Assembly (NCBI GenBank): GCA_965112735.1
Contig: OZ218953.1
Location: forward strand, 4,960,001-5,024,000
Source: Phaeosaccion multiseriatum
Lineage: Eukaryota; Protista; Ochrophyta, other classes
Length of the DNA stretch: 64,000 nucleotides
Reading direction: 5' to 3'
The notes below the pieces were generated by a model. It was given only the letters and a program-made list of their open reading frames with translations. It did not search any database and was not told the DNA's origin. This document shows, piece by piece, positions 1 to 10,180 of the stretch. Numbering within the stretch: position 1 is the stretch's first letter; each line of letters opens with the position of its first letter. The position numbers and the translations under genes are program-made.

Positions 1-126
1 TTTTCGTCCACGTCAAAGTGCGCAAAAATCTGCGTTGGGCATGGGCATGGACAGACATTGGGGGCATGGGAGGCTGAGCACCGGCTGGATGGTAAGCAGC
101 AGTAGCGCCACGAGCTACGGCAACAT

Positions 127-186
<60 letters not shown>

Positions 187-1658
187 CGTCGCGAACCCAA
201 CTCCCTAACGCTGCCTGGGTTCTCTGTCCCGCAAGAGCCAAGACATGCACACCACTTCGTACCTTGCGGAAATCGTAATCGGAAAGGGTGAGGCCCAGTT
301 CTTGAAGGCTCTCCTGCAGCTCACGAGGCTGCAGGAGCTTATCTCCGTCTCGGCCCGCCTCAGCCATCTTTCGGCGAATACCCAAGATTCCCACCGCCCT
401 TACCTTCCCCTCCTCCTCCTCCTCCTCCTCCTCCTGCTCTCCCTCTGGCCGGATAGTATTTCCGCGTTTCTTCCCCGCCTCGCCTGACAGAATGGTCTCC
501 CGCAGCTTCTGCAGACCCAAAGGAGCCCCCGGATTTTTCCGAACCTACGGGAAGACGAAAAGAAACAAAGGAGGAGGAAGATCAGGAACCAGGAAGGCGA
601 CTGACTGGCTTGCTCACAGGCGAGTACGAGAGGAAAGAGACGTGGAACGCACCAGTGAGGATTGAAATGAGTCTGAGGCGCCCTGATTCGCCGAGATGAC
701 GGCATCCGTCTGGAAGCGCACGGGCCGAAGCTCGTCATCCTCCACAGTCCATCGCTTACGATAGTCCGCTAGCTCCTTGTTGCTCCACTTGGGTTCGCCG
801 TTTCTGTGTTGGAAGTCGAAACAGCGGAGGAGGATGGATGCAGGAATGGACGGAAGAGACGGGCAAATGAAAGTGAGACAGAGATGCCAAGGGAAGAGAA
901 GCCTGGCGACAGGAAGAAGCTCTGAGAAACCAGCACACCACCCAAGCGCAGAAAACTCACCCCTTGAGGGCTACCGGAGGAGTCGAGGCCGCAGCCAACA
1001 ACGTCATATCGGGGGGGGTGAACGACTCGCGCTCGTTGGTGGTCCAGCTCTTCGCCGTCGCCGTCTTGTCGTACCTGCAGAGCAATAGCAGTAGCAGCAG
1101 CAGCAGCAGCGGCGGCGGCGGCAAAAAGCAGTGGGAGGAAGGGTAAGGAAAGGGGGGAAGGAAAATTTTGGAAAAATACAAACGAATCGCATTCCTCGCT
1201 CAACAGTCGTTGCGGCTTTCGGTATGCGGGAATAGTACGATACCTAGACAGATGGACTTACTCAATCACGTTGCTGTAATCAATCTTGGGATCGTCCTTG
1301 GGAGGCAAACCGCCGCCGTAGCGAGGTTTGGCGATGCCCACCCCGTTAGCCAGCCCCCACTCCGCAGTCGAGAGGAATTGCGGGTGAGGAAACCAAGGAG
1401 CCTGCGGAGATGTGGGTATGCGTCGGGCATTAGAAGCATGCGAGACTGAGTGGCTGGGGCTGGCGGCTGGGGGGAGCGGGGGCTGCGTGTGGAAATCACT
1501 CCTGGGGACAACTCTGTACAACTTACCCTCTCCTCCACGTGACACGGCTCCATGAGCTGTTCTTCCCAAGGCCCGCATCTGACCTTGGGGGAGTATTCTC
1601 TCTTTCCTCCCCTCAGCGCATTATTTCCTGCCATGTACTGGCCCGTGAGGAATGCCAT
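1..1658 (-). CDS. Calcyphosin-like EF-hand protein with a ciliary MIP-like N-terminus (multi-exon; 3' end runs off the window)
   Basis: Spliced minus-strand exons read MAFLTGQYMAGNNALRGGKREYSPKVRCGPWEEQ..., then DYRKRWTVEDDELRPVRF, then VGILGIRRKMAEAGRDGDKLLQPRELQESLQELGLTLSDYDFRK|IFAHFDVDEN. The last part fits the calcyphosin pattern of paired EF hands. GT-AG sites are visible, but the junction between about 960 and 810 could not be put in phase. Confidence 0.7.
129..183. repeat. (GA)n microsatellite, intronic
   Basis: Direct reading; lies in an intron of the calcyphosin-like gene. Confidence 0.95.
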
Positions 1659-2089
1659 TTTGTCCTGTGGGGGAGGGGGCGGCGGGGCGGAGAGGGGGGC
1701 AGCAGCGCCAGCGTCGCTCGTCCAGCAGAGGCGCAGCAGCTGCTCGCTCAAGCAGCACCAGCACCAGCACCAGCAGGAGCAGAACCAAGCAAACCTCCAC
1801 CAGCAGCAGTAAGGAAAGGAGGAAGGGAAAAAAAAGGATCTGAAACTGTCCCCGAGGGGGCATTGCTTGAGCCAGGGCCTAGAGAAAAAAAAGACGCATT
1901 CACATAGAGCATAGGGGCGAGAGAGTAGGCACAGGCGCCTTCCTCTGCAGAGGAAATTGTAGCTTGGGAGAAAAGAGAGGGTGAGTAGGGGCAGGAGAGT
2001 GCAGGAGGAGGGGGCCGGCGGAGGGAAAGAACGAGCTCCAGCGAGCAGACAGGGCACCAGCGCAAGAGGGAGCCAGGAGGGCAGGAGCC

Positions 2090-2695
2090 ATGGGTGGAGG
2101 ACGTAAGTTCCACTACCCCAAGTATGTGTGGTCACCAGCAGGCGGCTGGTGGGCGAACCCTCCTCAATGGAAAAGGAACACTGCGATTGTGTTCGGCGTG
2201 CTGGGCTTGATCCAGTGGCAAATCGCAAGGGTGTCTTCAGCGAAGGAGGTTAGTATTTGATTGGGGAAGGAACAGAGCGGGGGAGCGATGGTGGGGGCGG
2301 CCGAAGGGGACTGAGGGAGCGCTACGCCAGGATGTTTTACGTGTGTTGAGCCTGGGAAGAAGGGGGATTGTCCACCAGGAAGAGAGAGCTTTGGGAGGGT
2401 CCAGTGCCATCTCGGTTCCCGTCTCTACTATATCTTGCCAATTCTTAAGAGCGCCTTCCGCTATGGGCTCTTTGAGGAGAAGAGGTGGGGGCTTAAGAGA
2501 ACTGGCAGAGGAGCTATTGCAACGCAGCTGTAGAATGGCATGCTAGGAAACCTCATACTTTCCCTCCCCCATGTACTTGTCTCATTGCAGCGGCGGCCGG
2601 TCCCGCCTCGGTTCCACATTCCATCTCAGCACTGGTGCAAGCACGCCAAGGAGGACGACCCATCGCTGCCTGATGAGTGGATCTGGAAGAAGTAG
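2090..2695 (+). CDS. NDUFC1: Mitochondrial complex I accessory subunit, KFYI/NDUFC1 (fungal NUUM) family; exons 2090-2248 and 2591-2695, 87 aa
   Basis: Spliced product MGGGRKFHYPKYVWSPAGGWWANPPQWKRNTAIVFGVLGLIQWQIARVSSAKE|RRPVPPRFHIPSQHWCKHAKEDDPSLPDEWIWKK*. It carries the VWSPAGGW..P..W+RNTAI, single-TM and IPSQ.WCK signature I recall for plant KFYI and fungal NUUM. Clean phase-0 GT-AG intron. Confidence 0.85.
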
Positions 2696-3271
2696 TTGCG
2701 GGTAGATAGGAAGAAGAAGAAGAAGGGGGGGGGCGGAAGGGAGCAAACAAGCGCCATTTTTTATGCACCAGTGCAGCCATGATGACGTGGTGTAACAAAA
2801 CGGGGGTTGTCGTTGCTGGGGGACCTCCCGGTGCCGTGGAAGGCGCTTGCTTTGCTTTGAATGCGGAGGAGCGAGGGTGGAGGTCACAGGGCTCAGACAA
2901 GCACAGCAGCCTCCCGGAATTAGCTTTAGCTCTTCCCTTTGGGGATCTTGTATCAATATATACATGTATGGTATGGGGACTACTGTGGCTGCACAGCACT
3001 GCTTTCTTTGGAAGAAATACAAGAGGAAGGGGTTGGGGGGGAGTGGTCATGGGAGCGATCGGTGGGGGAAGGGGGTGGGCCGAAGTGGGGTCAGCGGGTA
3101 GGGGAACGAAACGGTAGGGGCAAGAGGCGGTGTGCAGAGAGTAGTGCAATCATTGGGGGAGCGGGAGGCGTGTAGATGCGTGGGGGGGGGGGGGTGGAAT
3201 AGGTGGTGGACCTCTGAAACTGAAACTGAAACTACCACCCTTCACTTCCTTTTTTTTGTTTGTTTTTTAGG

Positions 3272-6003
3272 ATGTCGTCGTCTTCCTTTCAGCCACCTCC
3301 TCCTCCTTCTCCCACCACCCTGAAACCCCCCACGCCTTCCTCCGGGGCCCTGCTCCGAGAAGCTGCCTTCGCGGGCAGTGTCGAAGTAGTGCAAAGGCTC
3401 CTGTCTGCCGGAACCTGTGGCGTAGACGCACAAGATATGGGGGGAACCACCGCTTTACTTGCAGCAGTGGCCCAAGGCGAGTCTTCAGTGCTCTGCTGCT
3501 CAGAAGAGGGGCCAAATTTCTAACCCCTTTTCCTCCCCCGTGCTCTCTCCACTTCCCCTCCCTTGCTCCCTCTCTCCACGCGTACCAATGAAGGGCATGT
3601 GGAAGTCGTTCGTCTCCTCTTGAAGGCTGGGGCCTCTCCCTTGAAGCACACATATCAGACAAAGAGTAACGCTTTGCACTTCGCCGCTCGCTATGCCCAC
3701 CCTGGTGCGGTGCAAGAACTCCTGCTGAAGGGCTGCCCAAAGCCTAGTCCCGAGGAGCAGCAACTACAGCTGGATCCGCGCAGGGAGATGCTGGAGTCCA
3801 CCACCCTTGGCGGTGACACCGCGCTGAGCCTCGCCGTCATGGGGCCTCCTTCACCTCCTGACTCGGGGGAGGCTTCGGGCCTTGACAAGGCATGCGAGCA
3901 AGACGCCCGGATTGATCGCACGGTTGAGATAATCCTGCAGCAGATTCAGGAGGTGGGAGGAGGAGGAGGAGGAGGAGGAGGAGGAGGAGGAGGAGGTGGA
4001 GAAGGAGAAGAAGGAGGCAGCGGAGGTAGTGATACGTGGAGCGCAGACTTGATCGACACATCGGATAGGGAAGGGAGGACTGCGCTTCTGGTGGCCGCAG
4101 GCGGCACCGAAATCAGGCCCCGCTGTATTGAGATGCTGTTGGAGGCTGGGGCAGACGTCACGCGACGCACCGCCGATGGACGGACGTGCTTAGATCTGCT
4201 GACAGGTGTGCGTGTGAGTGGGTGGGTGTGGGTGTGTGCGCGTGTGTGCGCGTGTGTGTGTTTGTGAGAGAGAGACAGAGAAGAGAGAGGCTTCTTGATT
4301 TTTTTTTTTTTGCAGTGTCATCGTGTCAACAGGCTCAGTTTTGGACCTTCGCTGTCGGTTTTTTGTTGTCTTCAGGGGGCAAGCCCCTCCCCCGGCGGAA
4401 AGATAGGAGGGGTAAGGAAGACTACCAACGTGGTGGCCAAGTTCGGTATCCGACGCCTGCCTTAGTCAAGGTGATTAAGGACAAGCTGGCCCAAGCCGAG
4501 CGTGAGGAAGTTGCCCGAGTGGAGTCACTTCTGCTAGAGTATGAACCAAGGAATGAGCGGTCGAAGGGCCATACCGCCAGCAGTAGCAGCAGCAGCAGCA
4601 GCCAAAGAACGGCTAGTATCAAGGCTCAGAGGAAGAAGAGAAGGAACGTCAAGAAAGGAGAGGGAGTAGCGCATGTGATGGCGGAGGAGCAGACTGACAG
4701 CGGTACTTTGGAAGGAAACGAGAGGGACGCAGTGGTAAGTGCTACCACCCCCACTGTGGACTTGAGCAACAAGGACCAAGAAGGGGGGCGAGAGAGGAGA
4801 CGGGGAGGGGAGGACGAGCAGGAGAGGAAGGAGGAGGCTAGAGATCCAATGAAGGAGGAGATGGAGGAGAAAGCTAGGGAGGAAGCCATGCTACAAGTTG
4901 GTTCTGCACAGACCTCGTCGTCCGATGCTGGCGGTCGCGAGGTGCAATCGGACGGAGACGGGGCCCCTCGTACGGCATCGGCGTTGGATGTAGAGACGCG
5001 AGGGGAGGGCGCGGAGAGCTGGGTGGTCTCTGTTGGCAGGAGAGAGAGGAGACGGCAGCAGCGAGCAGCCACAACAGCAGAAGCAGGAGGGGTGACTTGT
5101 TCCTCTCCTCCTCGCCCTCGAGACTTCCATAGAGATTCAACCGGCGTGAAGAAAGGAAACGCTTTCGCAGCAGCGTCCCAAAAGGAGGAGGTAACGAGGG
5201 TGCGCAAGGGGGAGGAGAGGACCCCTCTACCGAAGAGTCCTCGCAAGGCTGGCAGCCGGGCGAGCAGCAGTAGGAAGGCACGACAGGAGAAGTGGAAAAG
5301 TGACATTTTGTCCCTTCTCCGCTCCGACCTTCAAGCTGAGGCCGGCGCCTGCGCCACACTCACACGCCTCCAAGGCGCGCCGGGCAGTGGGGCCTTCTCT
5401 TCCTCTTCTCCCTCCTCCTCCTCCTCCTCCTCCTCCTCCTCCTCCTTGCGACCGACCTTCATCCCCCAGACGCATAATGCGGATTCTCCTGCTGCTCAGC
5501 AAGGGGAGGGGATGAAAGAAGAAGCAGTAGCTGCTGCAGCAGCAGCAGCAGGAGGAGGAGGAGGAAGAAGAGAAGGGTACACACCAGTTGAAGCAGCAGC
5601 AACCGCAGGGTCTTCAGCACACGTCCCTGGGAAAGTGCGAGGAGCAGAAGGTCATCCAGCACAACGTAAAGCAGCAATAGCAGCAGGAGCAGCGGGAGCA
5701 GCAGGATCCGAAGCCCTCTCTGCAGCAGGCTTTAGTGAGGAAGCTGAAGCTGTGGCCCTTCGAGTGGAGCATCTTCTGTGGCCAGTGTCCCAGCTGTGCT
5801 CGCTGAGCATGGCTCAGCTTGACACCCTCCGCGCCGTGTTGCTGCAGCAAGTGGAGAGGGTGATGGAGGCAAAGCTGGCGCAAGTGCGCGAGCAAGAGAG
5901 GGCCAGCGTGGAGGAGCGAGTCACTTTGGAGGCGGTGGTAGAGCGTATGGCCTTGGCGGATAGCGGAGGCACGGGCAGGCAGGGCGGTAATCCGTCCAAG
6001 TAA
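3272..6003 (+). CDS. Ankyrin-repeat protein with a long low-complexity middle and a C-terminal coiled coil; about 3 exons
   Basis: Ankyrin repeats LLREAAFAGSVEVVQRLL, GTTALLAAVAQG|HVEVVRLLLKAGA, SNALHFAARYAHPGAVQELL, GDTALSLA and GRTALLVAAG..IEMLLEAGADV. Long terminal exon from about 4376 to 6003. First intron is 3477-3593 (GC-AG). Confidence 0.85.
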
Positions 6004-6104
6004 GTGGACAGCAAGCAGTCCAAGTAAGGGGATGGCAGTAGTCCGCCCAATGCAGCGCATGTGGCAAAAGTAGGAAGCCCTGTTGTCCTCGAAATGTGTG
6101 TGCT

Positions 6105-6175
6105 TATTTACTTAATTGATTTTTTATTTATTTATTTTTATTTTTATTTTTCAAAAAAATAAATAAAAAATTTGA
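6105..6175. terminator. AT island between convergent genes; candidate bidirectional polyadenylation/termination region
   Basis: A T-rich tract (TTTATT repeats) is followed by an A-rich tract containing AATAAA, so AATAAA occurs on both strands. It lies between the ankyrin stop (6003) and the NAXE stop (6561). Confidence 0.45.
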
Positions 6176-6560
6176 ACACTCGATTTGCGCAAGAATCGCC
6201 CAAATCGCCCGTTTTGGGGATCGGGCGGCAAGGGGGGGTGCTCTTGCAGAAATGCTGACAAAGTAGGGAAGTAGGGAAGGGGGAAAGTGATGAAAGCCGA
6301 AAGACGAAAGACTATGGATAGATAGGCAACTCAAAGAGCTATAGCCCTACTCCCAGCGTCATTTTGCTACAAGTGTCCTTTATTTTTATTTTTTTGTATA
6401 TACTTACACTGGAGACCCCTCGCCTCTCCCCCTAAACACAAAACTACAATCCATCAATGCACATGGAAGAATGAATGCTTCGGCTGCTGCCTCTCCTCCT
6501 GTTGCCTGCTCGGGCTGGGGGGGGGGGCAAGCACGCGTCCTTTCCCCTCTTGTCGTGTTA

Positions 6561-7531
6561 CTACTTGGAGCCGTCTCGGAGAGCTTCTGCCCATCCCACA
6601 ATCTCCACACACTGGGCCTGCCCAGGGTACTGAGGGAGTACGAGGCCGAAGCTGTCGGCGTCGGCGGCGAGGGCGTAGAGGGGAAAGGAGAGGGAAGGAG
6701 GGGAAAAGAAAGGTGAGACGGGGGAGAGGGGGTTTATTCCTCGTACTTGCTCCATGTTGTGTGTAAAAAAAGACTGCGTAAAACAAGACGACAGAGCAGG
6801 AGAGTGGACACTCTGGCCTTCCACCAAGAGTACGACTTCAACAAAAGAAAGAGGCCTCTCCATGATACGTAGCCACTTACCTCTCCGCGAGGGACGGGGG
6901 CACGAACCGTCCTCCCAGATAGTGCCGTCCCTTGAAGGCGGAGGCACTTTTCTTGGGAGCTGTGAGGCTGACGAGCATGTCGGGGTGGAAACCGAAGTTG
7001 TTGACATCCCCCCCTTCCACGTCCCAGCCACTCGGAATGTCCACACTCACCACCTTTGCTCCAACCTTTTGCAACCTGGATCGGGAACAGGGAGGCCACG
7101 AGGCAGGAAACACATATTATAGGAAACACACAAATGGTTCGATGAAAAACATGAAGGCACAGTAAGAAAGAGTCATTCGTCAGGGATGTACCGTTGGCAT
7201 TCGCTGAGGATGGAGTCGAACGGCGCGCGAGGGTTGCCCTTGAACGAAAAGCCGAAAATAGCATCCACTACAATGTCAAAAGCGGGCACCGCTTCCCCAC
7301 CCCCCTCCCCCCCTCCTTGCGCCTCTGGCATCTCCCTCAGGATGGGAATACCGTGCCAAGCCAGAGTCTGTACGAGATTGGTGTAAAGAGCACTGTCGTG
7401 CCGCTGCTTGGGATACACAACTGTGCACGTGTATCCGAACTGCCACAGATGCCGCGCTGAAGCGACCGACGACCGAAGAAAAAGACAGACGAGTATACGT
7501 TGCGTTTGAGTGAGCGAATGATGGAGCGGAG

Positions 7532-7586
<55 letters not shown>

Positions 7587-8915
7587 GACGCGGGTTCATG
7601 CGTACGGGAGCCCCACACAGTCTGAAGGATACAGAGAAATCTCCCTTGGGTGTCGGAATTCACATAGCACTGGCCTGCTGCCTCCGGCCATGGGGCCCAG
7701 AGTCAGAGGCGGGGGGGAAAGCAGTCAAGCAGCAGTTGGCGGCAGTAGAGGCAGCAGTAGAGGCAGCAGTAGAGGCAGCAGTAGAGGCAGTAGAGGCAGA
7801 AGTACCTGCGACGAGCCCGTCCCCTCCGTTATTGCCGGGGCCGCAGATGATCAACACCCTTTGGCCCTTTCCCGTCCCGGCCGGACAGCGCAAAACAAAA
7901 TAAACAGTAGGCAACACACATCGAGGAAAGAGAGAGAGAGTGAGACGGGAAACGCGGTGGGGGGGGAGGACGAATGAAGAGGCACAGGAAGAAGAAAGAT
8001 ACCACTTGCGGCGAGGAATGAATGAGCAGGACCGTTAGGAGAGTGGGAGCCAGTGAATACTCCACCCCTCCCCCTGACCATTCTCCGCCACTCCCCCCGA
8101 CTTTCTGGGTCAGGGGGAGGGAGGGGGAGGGGGGCGGCATGAGCGGGAGTTGCAACATTAGCACTAAGACTGTTCTCGGAAGGTTCCCGCCTCTCACCTT
8201 TCCAGGGTAGCAGTCTGCGATTGCGCTGGCGACGCTGAGCCCGGCCAGCTCCATAAGCATATCCACAGTGAAGCCAGGAACCTGCAAAGGAGAGTGGGAG
8301 AAGTAACAGTCCCCCCCCCCCCGGCCCAGAGCGTGAGCGTACACTCCCCATTCATCACTCAGCACATCACCAGGAGTTGGCAGCCCGCCCCGACCCTTTC
8401 ACGACGATGGTACCCCTCACCATCGCCCTCCTCCTCGCCCTCACCCTCGCCCTCACCGTCATGAGCTCCTCATCCACTCGAATGGCCTCATCTTGACCCA
8501 AGAGGGTGACGTCCTCTGCCCGCCTTGCTATTCTGTCTGAAGAAGGAGTAAGGGTGTCTGAAGAGGGGGTAGGGACCTCGGTCCCATCCAAAGTAGCAGC
8601 ATGACACGTTTGGGAGGAGAAAGGAGAGCTAGGGGAGCCGCTCGCCAGCCCGGCAGCTGCAACTAGCGCCCCCGCCGCAGTCAGGAGACCCCTCCTTGTG
8701 TTCGAGCTGTACCGCTGCCTCCTTTCTCCTCCTGGTACAGTCTGTCCGTTATCGTCTCCTCTGCTGCTGTTCCATGTTGTACGCCCTTCTGGCCACGCTT
8801 TTCGCGCCAGAGAGAGAGAGTTGCCTCTTCTTGTGAGGGGGGTGGAGAGAAATGATGCCGCCGAGCGGTGAGCAGTACCGACGGAGAAGGCCAGCGAAGT
8901 TGGGGGCTTCCACAT
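6561..8915 (-). CDS. NAXE: NAD(P)H-hydrate epimerase (YjeF_N / AIBP) with an N-terminal organellar targeting extension; about 6 exons
   Basis: Motifs [100 protein letters not shown] and LPQYPG, joined by GT-AG introns. The N-terminus is rich in Ser, Arg and Ala. Confidence 0.95.
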
Positions 8916-9063
8916 AGTTTGGAGAGCTGGAAGAGGATAGCGACGTTGAGTCAGGGTGTTGTGCCAAGGAAAAATACGCGAGACCGGGTCGAGGAAGAGG
9001 GCGCCATCTGTGAGGTTTCGGTGGAGGTCCAACATGCGAAAATGCTTGCCGCCAAAAAACCAT

Positions 9064-10078
9064 CCTTCACTTGGACGTGCGTCATTCGGCGGCGTTTAGC
9101 CGTTGCGCTCCAGCGGGCTCGATACGCAAGATCGATTCGCCATAGGATCCTGGCTGGCATCAACTTTATGCCAATCGGGAGAACTAACGCATCGGAGGGA
9201 TACGACCTCGGGGACTAAGTTCCCCGGGGCGGTGAGACATTACTTTTAGACAATCATAGATGGCACTTAAGGGTGTAATATATGACCTTCACTTGGACAT
9301 GGCGGCATGCACGAGCAGTTTGCGTATTACGGAGGCGCTTGGCAATGGCGCTCCAGAGGGCCCGGCACGAGGGATCGATTCGGCACAGGGTTGTGGCTGG
9401 CATCAATTTTGTTTTGATGGGAAGGACTGACTGGTATGATGTCGACCCCTGACACGCTATCGCCCACTTTCTCGATAGCGCGCTATCGCGCGCGGCCGAT
9501 AGCGCGATAGCGTGCCGGCTGGCGCCGGCCGATAGCGGATAGCGGATCGGCTGGCGCCGGCGACAGCGGATAGCACGCCCCCACAACCCTCCCCCCCCCC
9601 CCCAAAGCCGGCTGGCGCCGGCGATAGCGGATAGCGTGCCGGCTGGCGCCGGCGATAGCGGATAGCGCACCGGCTGGCGCCGGGATAGCGGATAGCGGAT
9701 AGCGTGTCAGGGGTCGAGTATGAGGGATACGATTGGGGGTGATGGGGGGGTGTAAGTCCCCAGGGGACAATGTTTTTTTTCTTTTTGTTTTTTTGTTTTT
9801 TTGATGCAACTGTGTAGTAATACCTCCTTTTGGGTGTAATACACTAGTAAAACACCAGGTTGATTCCAATAAGTAAATAAAATTAGCTTTTAGAGGGCAC
9901 GCAGACCGATTCAACACAGGGTTCTGGCTGGCATCAACTTTGTACCAATGGGGAGGACTGACGGGTCGGAGGAACACGACCTCGGGGGCTCTGCTCCGGG
10001 GGGCGGGTGAGAAGTGGCTTATAGGCAAGAAGTAGATGTCTCCCGTTTTAGCCTCCAGCATAGATGGCACTGAAGGGA
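9064..10078 (+). mobile_element. Three diverged head-to-tail 5'-truncated copies of a probable non-LTR (RLE/CRE-like) retroelement 3' end
   Basis: Copies start at about 9064, 9286 and 9890 and share GGCTGGCATCAAYTTT; copies 1 and 3 also share CATAGATGGCACT. They translate to related peptides: RRRLAVALQRARYARSIRHRILAGINFMPIGRT, RRRLAMALQRARHEGSIRHRVVAGINFVLMGRT and IQHRVLAGINFVPMGRT. R.RL.VALQR resembles the C-terminal helix that follows the restriction-like endonuclease of CRE-clade elements. Confidence 0.55.
9442..9717. mobile_element. MITE (non-autonomous DNA transposon), 276 bp, with perfect 20-bp TIRs and a near-perfect 8-bp TSD
   Basis: Left end TCGACCCCTGACACGCTATC and right end GATAGCGTGTCAGGGGTCGA are exact reverse complements. 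Flanks are GTATGATG (9434-9441) and GTATGAGG (9718-9725). The interior is built from GATAGCG and CCGGCTGGCGCCGG units. Confidence 0.9.
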
Positions 10079-10180
10079 ATCCTCCTGCTGGTACGATGAG
10101 GTGCTACTTACGTTAGGCCCGACGGACGGACCTGATAGCAGTACGGCTCTATAAGGAGCCATAGGGGTGGACTTATGTAC

